Shown: positions 34,504 through 42,454 of the stretch, in pieces
Numbering within the stretch: the stretch's first letter is position 1
How the letters are laid out: each line of letters opens with the position of its first letter
Source of the DNA: Nitrospiraceae bacterium UBA6898
Lineage (GTDB): Bacteria; Nitrospirota; Thermodesulfovibrionia; Thermodesulfovibrionales; UBA6898
Assembly (NCBI GenBank): GCA_002448975.1
Contig: DKBO01000079.1
Coordinates: forward strand, 1-42,454
Direction: 5' to 3'
DNA length: 42,454 nt
The notes under the pieces: generated by a model
What the model was told of the DNA's origin: nothing
Seen by the model: the letters and a program-made list of their open reading frames with translations, nothing else
The model's database searches: none
Made by a program: the position numbers and the translations under genes

Positions 34504-34651
34504 ACGAAGTCCTCCGTGGTTTGATTCACCCGACTTGCCGTACCTACGAACTTTCCCGGTGCAGAGATATCAATGCCTTGATCCTCAGTGCCGGAAATTG
34601 CAGTCCTTCCTCTCTTAATCTGCATATAACTTGTCATCCGGATATAACACC

Positions 34652-35182
34652 TCACAGAGAATAATCAGGCCAGCTTCTGTCCTTGTCTGAAATAACCTGA
34701 ACTGCAAGCGGCCAATGTACCCGGAAGGCCGGGTCGTCATACCGTATTCCGCGTTCCGAACCCGGCGTATAAAACTGCGAAACCTGATAAATGACCTCCG
34801 TCTCGTCAACAAGCGTCTGAAACCCATGGGCAAATTTTTCCGGGACATAGAGCATCATATAATTGCCTGCTGTCAGTTCAACCCCGATCCATTGCTTGAA
34901 GGTCGGAGAACCGGGCCTGACGTCGATGATGACATCATATATGGCGCCTCTGGTGCACCTTACCAGTTTTACCTCTCCGTAAGGGTCCGCCTGATAGTGC
35001 ATACCGCGCAGGGTTCCCTTCTTCTTATTGAAGGATACGTTCGCCTGGGATACATTGCTGTTCAGTCCGTACTTCTCAAATTCCTTCTGACAGAACGTCC
35101 GCCCGAAAAAACCACGGTCATCTTCAAATTTCTGTATCTCAATTACATACGCGTCCTTCAGTTTTGTTTCAGTGAAAATCAT
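34652..35182 (-). CDS. NDP-4-keto-6-deoxyhexose 3,5-epimerase-like cupin (RmlC/RfbC family)
   Basis: MIFTETKLKDAYVIEIQKFEDDRGFFGRTF, LRGMHYQ, KLVRCTRGAIYDVIIDVR and YVPEKFAHGF. The start at 35182 is preferred because AAGGAG lies 8 nt upstream. The longer ORF extends to 35269. Confidence 0.85.
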   Translation of the reverse strand: MIFTETKLKDAYVIEIQKFEDDRGFFGRTFCQKEFEKYGLNSNVSQANVSFNKKKGTLRGMHYQADPYGEVKLVRCTRGAIYDVIIDVRPGSPTFKQWIGVELTAGNYMMLYVPEKFAHGFQTLVDETEVIYQVSQFYTPGSERGIRYDDPAFRVHWPLAVQVISDKDRSWPDYSL

Positions 35183-35244
35183 CTCATTCTCCTTATGCTT
35201 ATTTTGCGGTTCCGCAGAACGGCTGCAGCATTTTTCTCCTATAA

Positions 35245-36303
35245 TCAGAATGCCTTTCTGTGTGCCCACTCCAGCCGGTCATTCAAGAGATGCATGTTTC
35301 TGAGATGGGTAAGCATCTTGAGTCGCATAAATCTGGAGTTACGGAAATCACCGTCGCTGAAACCCATGCCTTCCAATCCCTCCTTAAGATCACGGATCGT
35401 CGTGATAAGGTCGACTTCCGGCTGATAACCCGGAGCGAGCTGTCGGAAGAGATTGAAGTTTACCCGGTAAGAACGTTTATCCGGCTGTGCATCCTTATTT
35501 ATAGAGATGTCCACGTCAGGTATGACCTTTGCAACAGCTTCCGCAAGGTCCTTGACCTGATAGTTCCACGCGTCGCTCCCTACATTGACCGCAACGAAGG
35601 CCCCCCCCTTGCCGGTATCCCGCGTCACTGCCCAATCGATTGCACGCGCCATGTCCTTGGTATTGATCAGCGGTCTCCAGGGAGTACCGTCACTGAGGAT
35701 CGTGATTTTCTTCGACATGACCGCCCCGGTAACAAAATCATTCAGAACAAGGTCGAGGCGAAGCCTCTCGCTCATGCCACAGGCCGTGGAAAATCTGAGA
35801 CTGGTTACTTTGAAATTTTCCGTTGCCATCGCTTCCAGGTCCCTCTCGGTATAAACCTTTGATTTTGCATATGCCGTAAGCGGGTTGAGCGGAGATCTCT
35901 CATCCCGCGGACTGTCGTCAGCTGATCCGTACATACTGCAGCTCGATGCAAAGACAAAAGACCGAACCCCTTTTTCCTTGGCTTTTTTCGCAAGGTCCAC
36001 ACTCGCCCGATGGTTAATGTCAAAGGTGACTTCTTCAAAGGTATTGCCCATCGGGTCGTTCGAGATGCCGGCAAGGTGCACAACAGCGTCTACGCCGTCC
36101 AGCAACTCTGCGGGAAGCTTTCTGACATCGGCAAAATACTGCTGATCAACCCGGCATTCGGGAAGGACCTCAGCGTTGGTCAGACAGTTTGCAAAGTACC
36201 CCGTGTCGAAGCCTGCAAGCGTTGCGGCAGGATATGAAAAACGCAGCCTTTCCACAACGCATGGTCCAATGTATCCCATATTACCGGTAACTAAGATTTT
36301 CAT
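35245..36303 (-). CDS. extended-SDR NAD-dependent sugar epimerase/dehydratase family protein
   Basis: MKILVTGNMGYIGPCVV (Rossmann motif) and YAKSK (catalytic YxxxK). The start at 36303 has GGGAG upstream. It lacks the GHTGFKGSW signature I associate with CDP-glucose 4,6-dehydratase. Confidence 0.8.
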   Translation of the reverse strand: MKILVTGNMGYIGPCVVERLRFSYPAATLAGFDTGYFANCLTNAEVLPECRVDQQYFADVRKLPAELLDGVDAVVHLAGISNDPMGNTFEEVTFDINHRASVDLAKKAKEKGVRSFVFASSCSMYGSADDSPRDERSPLNPLTAYAKSKVYTERDLEAMATENFKVTSLRFSTACGMSERLRLDLVLNDFVTGAVMSKKITILSDGTPWRPLINTKDMARAIDWAVTRDTGKGGAFVAVNVGSDAWNYQVKDLAEAVAKVIPDVDISINKDAQPDKRSYRVNFNLFRQLAPGYQPEVDLITTIRDLKEGLEGMGFSDGDFRNSRFMRLKMLTHLRNMHLLNDRLEWAHRKAF

Positions 36304-36366
36304 ATGCGGTTCTCCCTCATGCGTCTTATTTTTTTCCAGCAACCACTATCACGAGATGCCTTTGCC

Positions 36367-37470
36367 TCACGACACCCCTCCATTCAGGAGGCTTTTCACC
36401 CGCCGCGCTATGGCAGGAGCAGCCGTAAGTCCCGGGGATTCGATGCCGACGAGATTCACAAAACCGGGCTTGTCTTCACTGATAACGAAATCACGGAATG
36501 TTTCGCCAGGCCCCTGCAGTTTCGGGCGGATGCCCGACATATCGGCAACAATGTCCTCACGTTTGATAAACGGCAGGAACTTAACCGCCGCCGCGTAGAA
36601 GCGGTCAGCTTTGGAGGCGTCGACTTTGTATTCTTCGATACGTGCAATATAGGTAGCGTCAGGTCCCAACTTCAGACGGCCGCCAAGATCGAGCGTCAAG
36701 TGGACGCCTAACCCCACATGGTTCTTCTCGGGGACCGGGTATACCAATCTTTGAACCGTATCTTTCTTCACGTTTGCGATACTGAAATAGTCGCCTTTGC
36801 AGTAGTGGTGGTCATAGGTCTTTCCGATCATTGCGGCAATCCTGTCTGAGTACAGACCTGCAGCATTGACAACCCGTTCGGACGTAAAGGAGAACCGTTC
36901 ACCTTCCCGGTTCTGCGTTGAGATCATATATCCACCGGCGACAGGTTCAACTTCATTTACCTCAGTTCCGCAAGCGATCTCTGCACCCTTTTCCCTCGCT
37001 GCGTGGAGAAAATAATCCATAAGTGCATGTGCGCTCACAATTCCCGTATCCGGTGAATAGAGGGCTCCCACCGCACGTATATGCGGTTCCATTTCCGCTA
37101 TCCGCTCACGTGTGATCATCTCGACCGACGTCACGCCATTCCGAAGCGCAGCCGCCTCCAGCGATGCCACTTCCCCCATCTCGTCCTCGCCCGTTGCAAT
37201 GATCAGCTTGCCCGTCCTGCGGTGAGGAATCTTATACTCCCGGCAAAGCTCATACAGCAGTTCACGACCCTCGACACAGAGGCGTCCCTTGAGCGATCCC
37301 GTTGGGTAGTAGATGCCTGCATGAATGACCTCGCTGTTACGCGAACTGATACCACGACCATGCGTTTCGTTCTTTTCGACGATATACATGTTTGTTCGCC
37401 CATCGGAAAGTTCGGCAGCAATCGCCAAGCCGATGATGCCTGCACCGATTATGGTTATGTCAGCGTCCAT
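36367..37470 (-). CDS. FAD-dependent oxidoreductase (DAO family, LhgO/GlpD-like)
   Basis: 367 aa with ITIIGAGIIGLAIAAEL, GRGISSRNSEVIHAGIYY and SPGLTAAPAIA. Confidence 0.75.
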   Translation of the reverse strand: MDADITIIGAGIIGLAIAAELSDGRTNMYIVEKNETHGRGISSRNSEVIHAGIYYPTGSLKGRLCVEGRELLYELCREYKIPHRRTGKLIIATGEDEMGEVASLEAAALRNGVTSVEMITRERIAEMEPHIRAVGALYSPDTGIVSAHALMDYFLHAAREKGAEIACGTEVNEVEPVAGGYMISTQNREGERFSFTSERVVNAAGLYSDRIAAMIGKTYDHHYCKGDYFSIANVKKDTVQRLVYPVPEKNHVGLGVHLTLDLGGRLKLGPDATYIARIEEYKVDASKADRFYAAAVKFLPFIKREDIVADMSGIRPKLQGPGETFRDFVISEDKPGFVNLVGIESPGLTAAPAIARRVKSLLNGGVS

Positions 37471-37500
37471 GTTCCCCCATTTCTGTTGTTGTCTCGACGT

Positions 37501-38268
37501 TCACCACTTTCTCCATGGAGCCTTTCCGCAATCCCACATCTCTTCCAAAACGTTCTTGTCCCTCAGCGTGTCCATGGGGTGCCAGAACCCGTAATGACGA
37601 TATGCGGAGAGCATATCATTCTGTGCAAGCCTTTTTAGCGGCTCCTGCTCCCATACGCTGGCGTCATCGTCTATGAAATCAATCACTTGCGGTTCGAGCA
37701 CAAAATATCCTCCATTGATCCAAGCTCCATCTCCCTGCGGCTTCTCCCGGAAATTGACGACCTTGTCCTTTTCCAGGCTGAGTATTCCAAACCTGCCCGG
37801 TGGTTGAACAGCTGTCAAGGTAGCATAGGTTTTCTGCCCCTTATGAAAGGTTATCAACTGACTGATATCAACATCGCTGACTCCGTCACCATAGGTAAAG
37901 CAGAAGGTTTCCGATCCTATGTAATCCTTCACTCTTTTCAATCTGCCGCCGGTCATGGTCTTCTCGCCGGTGTCGACGAGTGTCACCTTCCAGGGATCCG
38001 CACCGTTCGTGTGAACGCTCATCCTGTTCTCTTTCATATCGAACGTGATATCCGACACCTGCAGGAAATATTGGGAAAAATACTGTTTGATCATATATCC
38101 CTTGTACCCGCAGCATATGATGAAGTCATTGATCCCGTATGTTGAAAAGATCTTCATAATATGCCAAAGGATCGGCTTTCCCCCGATTTCGACCATTGGC
38201 TTCGGCCGAACAGACGTCTCCTCCGAAAGCCTTGTCCCGTAGCCACCCGCAAGAATAACCGCTTTCAT
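37501..38268 (-). CDS. rfbF: glucose-1-phosphate cytidylyltransferase
   Basis: 255 aa. [57 protein letters not shown] matches RfbF/DdhA closely. GAGGTG lies upstream as the RBS. Confidence 0.85.
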   Translation of the reverse strand: MKAVILAGGYGTRLSEETSVRPKPMVEIGGKPILWHIMKIFSTYGINDFIICCGYKGYMIKQYFSQYFLQVSDITFDMKENRMSVHTNGADPWKVTLVDTGEKTMTGGRLKRVKDYIGSETFCFTYGDGVSDVDISQLITFHKGQKTYATLTAVQPPGRFGILSLEKDKVVNFREKPQGDGAWINGGYFVLEPQVIDFIDDDASVWEQEPLKRLAQNDMLSAYRHYGFWHPMDTLRDKNVLEEMWDCGKAPWRKW

Positions 38269-38451
38269 AATATCACCTCACTAAAATTGATCACGCTTCT
38301 CCGGAGCCCTGCCTTACCTATAATAAGGCTCTATCTGATGCCTCTTATGCGAATCACGCTCTGCATGCTGACCTTCTCGCACGATGCATTACCTTCATAC
38401 GCATAACCTCCCGCGCATGACTCGGCGCAGTTTTGCGGACTCCCCGCACTA

Positions 38452-39918
38452 TCACTCACGCTGCTTGGCAACCACTGGACAGTATTCTGTCAGCACATCC
38501 GAGTTTAACGCTTGGCTTTGCTCTGTGGGATACAGATCCTTCAGCCTCTTATAAAAGGCTTTCCGAGAAATACCCAGCACCCTGCATGCCTTCGACTTGT
38601 TGCCATTACATACGTGGAGCGCATCACGCAAGGCCTGCATCTCCAGATCCTTAAGCGTTCGTATGGAACTCTGCATCGCTTTCTGTTTTCTGACGCTCAT
38701 AAATTCTTCTGGCAGCGCACTCGGCGTGATCACTTTCCCCTGTGAAAGCACAACAGCCCTTTCAATAATGTTCTTGAGCTGCCGAACATTTCCCGGCCAG
38801 GGATACTCCTGGAATAACCTGAGGACGTCATTAGTAACCGTAAGTTCTTTCTTCTCACGTATGCAGAATTCATTGATGAATGAAGAGGCAAGCAACGGAA
38901 TATCATCCTTCCGTTCCCTGAGCGAAGGGACCTTTATATCGATCACATTGATCCGATAGAAGAGGTCTTCCCGGAACCTGCCTTCGGACACCCACTTTTT
39001 GAGATCACGATTCGTGGAAGAAATGAGCCTGAAATTTACCTTGATCTTTTTATTGCTCCCGAGACGCTCGATCTCACGCTCCTGCAGCACCCTGAGCAGT
39101 TTAGCCTGAAGCGAAAGCTCGAGTTCACCGATCTCGTCAAGGAAGATTATCCCTTCTGCAGCCTCTTCGAACTTCCCGGTTCTTCTTGTAAAGGCTCCGG
39201 TAAAAGCGCCCTTCTCATATCCAAACAGCTCCGCCTCGATGAGCTCTTTCGGCATGGCGGCACAGTTTACCGCTACAAAGGGCCGCTCTTTTCTCGAGCT
39301 GCTATTATGCAGTGCACGGGCGATCAACTCCTTTCCCGTGCCTGTCTCCCCCCAAATCAGGACACTGGTCAACGATTCCTTGATCGACTCGATCGTCTCA
39401 AATATTCTCCTGATCTCCGGGTTATTACCGATGAGACGATGGCGGTATCCTTCGTCCAGAAGCCTCAGCTTCAGGGATTCGACTTCCCGTTTCAGGCGCC
39501 TCTGCTCAATAGCACGAACAAGGATTCCCTTAAGGTTCATATAATCCGGCGGCTTGATAAAATAATAAAAAGCACCACGTGTCATCGCAGAAACCGCCGA
39601 TTCGACGGTTCCATAAGCAGTCAGGAAGACAACAGGAATGTCAGGATAATTTTCGGAAATGTGCTCAAAGAGATCCATTCCGTCCTTCCCCGGCATTTTC
39701 AGGTCTGTGATCACGGCATCCACATCAACCTGTTGGATAATCGCAATCGCCTTATCGACGTTATCGGATGACGTAACGTGATAACCCTCTTCCGTGAGTA
39801 TGGCCGAGAGCACACGAAGCGCATTCGGCTCATCATCGACAACGAGGACTTTTCCTTTATGACTATTTCCGTTTTTCAAAATTACCTTCGCCCACCGACA
39901 TAATCTCTCCGAACGCAT
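38452..39918 (-). CDS. sigma-54-dependent Fis-family response regulator (NtrC-type enhancer-binding protein)
   Basis: The REC domain is VLVVDDEPN...DAVITDLKMPGKDGMDL. The AAA+ domain has GETGTGKELIARALH, ELFGYEKGAFTGA (GAFTGA loop) and FREDLFYRINV. The C-terminal HTH is NKSKACRVLGISRKAFYKRLK. The start may instead be the TTG about 39 nt downstream. Confidence 0.9.
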   Translation of the reverse strand: MRSERLCRWAKVILKNGNSHKGKVLVVDDEPNALRVLSAILTEEGYHVTSSDNVDKAIAIIQQVDVDAVITDLKMPGKDGMDLFEHISENYPDIPVVFLTAYGTVESAVSAMTRGAFYYFIKPPDYMNLKGILVRAIEQRRLKREVESLKLRLLDEGYRHRLIGNNPEIRRIFETIESIKESLTSVLIWGETGTGKELIARALHNSSSRKERPFVAVNCAAMPKELIEAELFGYEKGAFTGAFTRRTGKFEEAAEGIIFLDEIGELELSLQAKLLRVLQEREIERLGSNKKIKVNFRLISSTNRDLKKWVSEGRFREDLFYRINVIDIKVPSLRERKDDIPLLASSFINEFCIREKKELTVTNDVLRLFQEYPWPGNVRQLKNIIERAVVLSQGKVITPSALPEEFMSVRKQKAMQSSIRTLKDLEMQALRDALHVCNGNKSKACRVLGISRKAFYKRLKDLYPTEQSQALNSDVLTEYCPVVAKQRE

Positions 39919-40046
39919 CCATCAACAGGTATTCCTTTACCATAGCCGATATCAAACCTTCTGATCCTTTTGAGCCTGCAATCTGCATTCCGCCCTTTAT
40001 GAGACAGACCATATGCCTTGTCACCGTGAGAGGGCATTGCATGTCC

Positions 40047-42128
40047 TCAGTGGAAATAACTTATAACGACGCTCTCCGATGCGTTTTCGGCTGAGGGGTT
40101 ACTATAATTAGGAACGATCTTCTGTATTGCCGCCATCACTTCGTCTGCGCGGTATTCACGAGCTATGCGCTCAAAATCGTCAATACTCTGATACAGAACC
40201 TCGGAATCGGGGATTTCAGGAATTGCCATCATAAGCTTGCTGTGAAACGTGGGAAGCTTCTTCTCTGTTATATCAAAAAGTTCTTCATACATCTTTTCCC
40301 CGGGCCTCAGACCGGTATATATGATCTTGATCTCCTTATGAGGAATGAAACCGGAGAGGCGGATAAAATTTTCAGCCAGGTCGGCGATCCTGACCTGCTC
40401 TCCCATGTCGAGCACGAAGAGCTCACCTCCGTTCCCCGATGCAGCAGCTATGAGAACCAGCTGTACCGCCTCAGGGATGAGCATGAAGAACCGCTTGATC
40501 TCAGGGTGGGTCACGGTCAGCGGACCGCCCCTCTTCATCTGTTCCTTGAATATCGGTATCACGCTCCCGTTGGTTCCAAGGACATTCCCGAACCTCACCG
40601 TCGAGAATTTCGTCCGGCAGTCGGAATTCTTTTTTATGGTGAGAAACTCGGCAATCCGCTTTGTCGCACCCATTATGCTTGTCGGGTTTACGGCCTTGTC
40701 CGTTGAGATGAGAATGAAATTTTCCGCACAATGCCGGGATGCGGTATCGATGAGATTTTTCGTTCCAAAAACATTGTTCTTGACCGCCTCAACGGCATTT
40801 GTCTCCATAAGCGGGACATGTTTGTAGGCAGCCGCATGAAAGATGATCTGGGGTGCATGTCTGGTAAAGAGTTGTTCCAGAAATGCCAGATCCTGTACGT
40901 CTCCAATGATGGTTGTGATAGTCGTTTCACGCTCTTCAGTTCTCAGTTCGAGATCTATCTCATACGTACTGTTCTCATACCGGTCGCAGAGCATAAGATG
41001 GGATGGATTATATTTGATAATTTGCCTGCAGAGTTCCGACCCGATCGAGCCTCCTGCTCCCGTGACCATGACAGATTTCCCCCGGATGAATTCCCTCACC
41101 GAAGTAATGTCTGTTTTCACCGGTTCCCGCTGGAGGAGGTCTTCGAGAGAAATGGGTTCCATATGGGCAACACCATACTGTTTCTGGAGAAAAGAGAGCA
41201 ACTTTTCCTCGGTGATGGCGCCCAGCTTCACGAGCTTGGCACCGAGCCTTCCACCCTCCTTTTTCTGGAGCGTCAGGGCCTCATTGATCTGTGCCTCCGT
41301 CACAAGGCTCGCTTCGACCAAACGCTGTCCGAGCTTTGCCGCAACCGAGATGCTGCCATCAAGAAGATCGACTATCTCGGGAAGTTTCTTGATAGGTATG
41401 TTAAAAGGCTTGGAGATCTCATAGATCTCTCTGATCGATTTCTGCAAGGCATTTAATGAGGAGATCAGGATCTCGTCAGGTTTGTGCTTCTCGATGATGC
41501 GGGAGAGCATATCGCTCGTCCCGAGAATGGGAATATCATGTATTGTCAGCCCTTTTGTGTAGGAATGGTCATCAACAAAACCGATAGGTTCATAGGCGTG
41601 CTCCCTTTTGTTTTTCATCTCTCTTACGATCATCTCTCCGGCATCAGCTGCGCCGATCACCAGGATCCTTTTCCGGGGTATTTCCAGAGACATGTACTCC
41701 CTGAAGATTCGCATGAGAAGCCTGCTCCCCCCGGATATAAGAATAAGCAGCAGTAAATCCAGGACGTAGATAGAGAGCGGATAAGTCGCGTCATTAAAGG
41801 CATAGCGAACGACCAGGAAAAACATGCAGCTGCCGAGCGTTGAAGACTTGATGATCTTCACCAGGTCGGTGATGCTCGCATAACGCCAGAGACCTTTATA
41901 GAGACCTCCCTGCAGAAAAAAGATAATGCGAAAGCAGAGAAGAAAGGGGAGATACTGCAAGAACAGTCCCCGGTAATCTGCGTTAATATTCGCGTCGAAA
42001 CGTATGAGGAAGGCCAGGTAATTGGCAATAACCACATGGAAGAGAAAAACAAGCATGACAAAAATGCGCCGGTACTGCACAATTACCTTTTTGAGGGATT
42101 CGTATATGAGGGATGAGAATCGGCTCAT
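40047..42128 (-). CDS. membrane-anchored CapD/PglF/WbpM-type NDP-sugar 4,6-dehydratase with an inserted MshEN-like segment
   Basis: 693 aa. It has four N-terminal TM helices, an RILVIGAADAG Rossmann-like domain, and a catalytic SDR domain with VMVTGAGGSIGSELCRQI, YKHVP and STDKAVNPTSIMGATKR. About 60 extra residues lie between DLLDG and LEDLLQREPV. Confidence 0.85.
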   Translation of the reverse strand: MSRFSSLIYESLKKVIVQYRRIFVMLVFLFHVVIANYLAFLIRFDANINADYRGLFLQYLPFLLCFRIIFFLQGGLYKGLWRYASITDLVKIIKSSTLGSCMFFLVVRYAFNDATYPLSIYVLDLLLLILISGGSRLLMRIFREYMSLEIPRKRILVIGAADAGEMIVREMKNKREHAYEPIGFVDDHSYTKGLTIHDIPILGTSDMLSRIIEKHKPDEILISSLNALQKSIREIYEISKPFNIPIKKLPEIVDLLDGSISVAAKLGQRLVEASLVTEAQINEALTLQKKEGGRLGAKLVKLGAITEEKLLSFLQKQYGVAHMEPISLEDLLQREPVKTDITSVREFIRGKSVMVTGAGGSIGSELCRQIIKYNPSHLMLCDRYENSTYEIDLELRTEERETTITTIIGDVQDLAFLEQLFTRHAPQIIFHAAAYKHVPLMETNAVEAVKNNVFGTKNLIDTASRHCAENFILISTDKAVNPTSIMGATKRIAEFLTIKKNSDCRTKFSTVRFGNVLGTNGSVIPIFKEQMKRGGPLTVTHPEIKRFFMLIPEAVQLVLIAAASGNGGELFVLDMGEQVRIADLAENFIRLSGFIPHKEIKIIYTGLRPGEKMYEELFDITEKKLPTFHSKLMMAIPEIPDSEVLYQSIDDFERIAREYRADEVMAAIQKIVPNYSNPSAENASESVVISYFH
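41178..41336 (-). other. tandem MshEN-type (c-di-GMP-binding) 24-residue motif pair within the CapD-like gene
   Basis: Residues 265-317 read KLGQRLVEASLVTEAQINEALTLQ, then KKEGG, then RLGAKLVKLGAITEEKLLSFLQKQ. That is two copies of RLGxx(L/V/I)(L/V/I)xxG(L/V/I)(L/V/I)xxxxLxxxLxxQ separated by a 5-residue spacer. Confidence 0.65.
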
Positions 42129-42156
42129 AGGTTTCTGTATGCCTCTGCTGTCATGC

Positions 42157-42454
42157 TCACCCGAGCCTGGCCGCCTTCGCGACCGTTTTCAGGATCAGGG
42201 ATACGTCCGTGACCAGCGAATGGTTCTCGACATATTCGAGCGACAGCCTGATCTTGTCCGGCAGGATCCTCTTGCGGTATTCCTCTTCCCAGTTCGGAGA
42301 ACGTGCAAGAACTCCCTCTTCAGCGGCATACCGGAGAGATGCCGGATCTGTGATCCCGGGACGAACGCTGAGCAGTTTTCTGTATTCCGGTGCATATAAT
42401 TCCACGTATTCCCTTACTTCAGGCCTCGGTCCGACCAGGCTCATATCACCCTTC
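42157..42454 (-). CDS. undecaprenyl-phosphate sugar-phosphate transferase (PglC/WbaP family), C-terminal part; the N-terminus lies beyond the window
   Basis: (GD)MSLVGPRPEVREYVELY...VRPGITDPASL...DKIRLSLEYVENHSLVTDVSLILKTV is the Bac_transf catalytic C-terminus. The ORF is open to the window edge. Confidence 0.85.
   Translation of the reverse strand, partial: KGDMSLVGPRPEVREYVELYAPEYRKLLSVRPGITDPASLRYAAEEGVLARSPNWEEEYRKRILPDKIRLSLEYVENHSLVTDVSLILKTVAKAARLG

Noticed and set aside
39863-40042. 59-aa minus-strand ORF (MQCPLTVTRHMVCLIKGGMQIAGSKG...) between the CapD-like gene and the sigma-54 activator.
   Set aside because: It is below the size cut-off, has no recognisable motif, and overlaps the annotated start of the regulator. 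It may simply be leader sequence. It should be kept in mind only when defining the regulator start.
1637-42399. Dozens of 60-240-aa plus-strand ORFs in the six-frame track, for example 5663-6289, 25137-25754, 34715-35425 and 40731-41456.
   Set aside because: They lie antisense to long minus-strand genes that have clear family motifs. They have no recognisable motifs or RBS context. They are typical shadow ORFs of moderately GC-rich coding DNA.
1-42454. CRISPR arrays, tRNA/rRNA genes and obvious prophage or defence-system genes.
   Set aside because: No regularly spaced short direct repeats, cloverleaf-like segments or rRNA-like conserved stretches were seen. No nuclease, helicase or methylase combinations typical of defence islands were seen either. 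The only tandem repeats are coding repeats inside the 1213-aa gene.

Overview
Nearly all real genes in this 42.4-kb window are on the minus strand and form one cell-surface polysaccharide (O-antigen/EPS-type) biosynthesis island. I saw no rRNA, tRNA or CRISPR array. Reading right to left, it contains:
- a PglC/WbaP-type initiating sugar-phosphate transferase, cut by the window edge
- a membrane CapD/PglF-type dehydratase carrying an inserted c-di-GMP-type MshEN motif pair
- an NtrC-type sigma-54 activator
- a CDP-sugar block (RfbF, FAD oxidoreductase, SDR, RmlC-like cupin, SAF-type dehydrogenase)
- a translationally coupled J-domain / small ORF / CpsB tyrosine-phosphatase trio
- Wzm and Wzt ABC-exporter genes, split by a 560-nt spacer
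- a tailoring block: glycosyltransferase, PP-loop ATPase-like protein, GMC flavoprotein + 4Fe-4S ferredoxin + NrfD membrane subunit, and an LbH acetyltransferase
- a three-gene unit behind a sigma-54 promoter (unknown 412-aa protein, TrpA-like, TrpF-like)
- a monocistronic 1213-aa secreted LamG/SGNH/Ig/InlB-repeat protein with its own sigma-54 promoter and a strong terminator
- a more AT-rich glycosyltransferase / FdtA-FdtB / Wzy_C / WecB block
- IS200-like and IS4-like relics at the left end.

The most interesting candidates for undescribed biology are:
1. the GMC-FeS-NrfD triad, which has no molybdopterin partner, together with its PP-loop neighbour
2. the MshEN insertion in the CapD-like dehydratase
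3. the sigma-54-driven unknown/TrpA-like/TrpF-like operon
4. the two exact-spacing -24/-12 promoters that match the orphan activator in the same island.

All calls come from reading motifs by eye. No database search was run.
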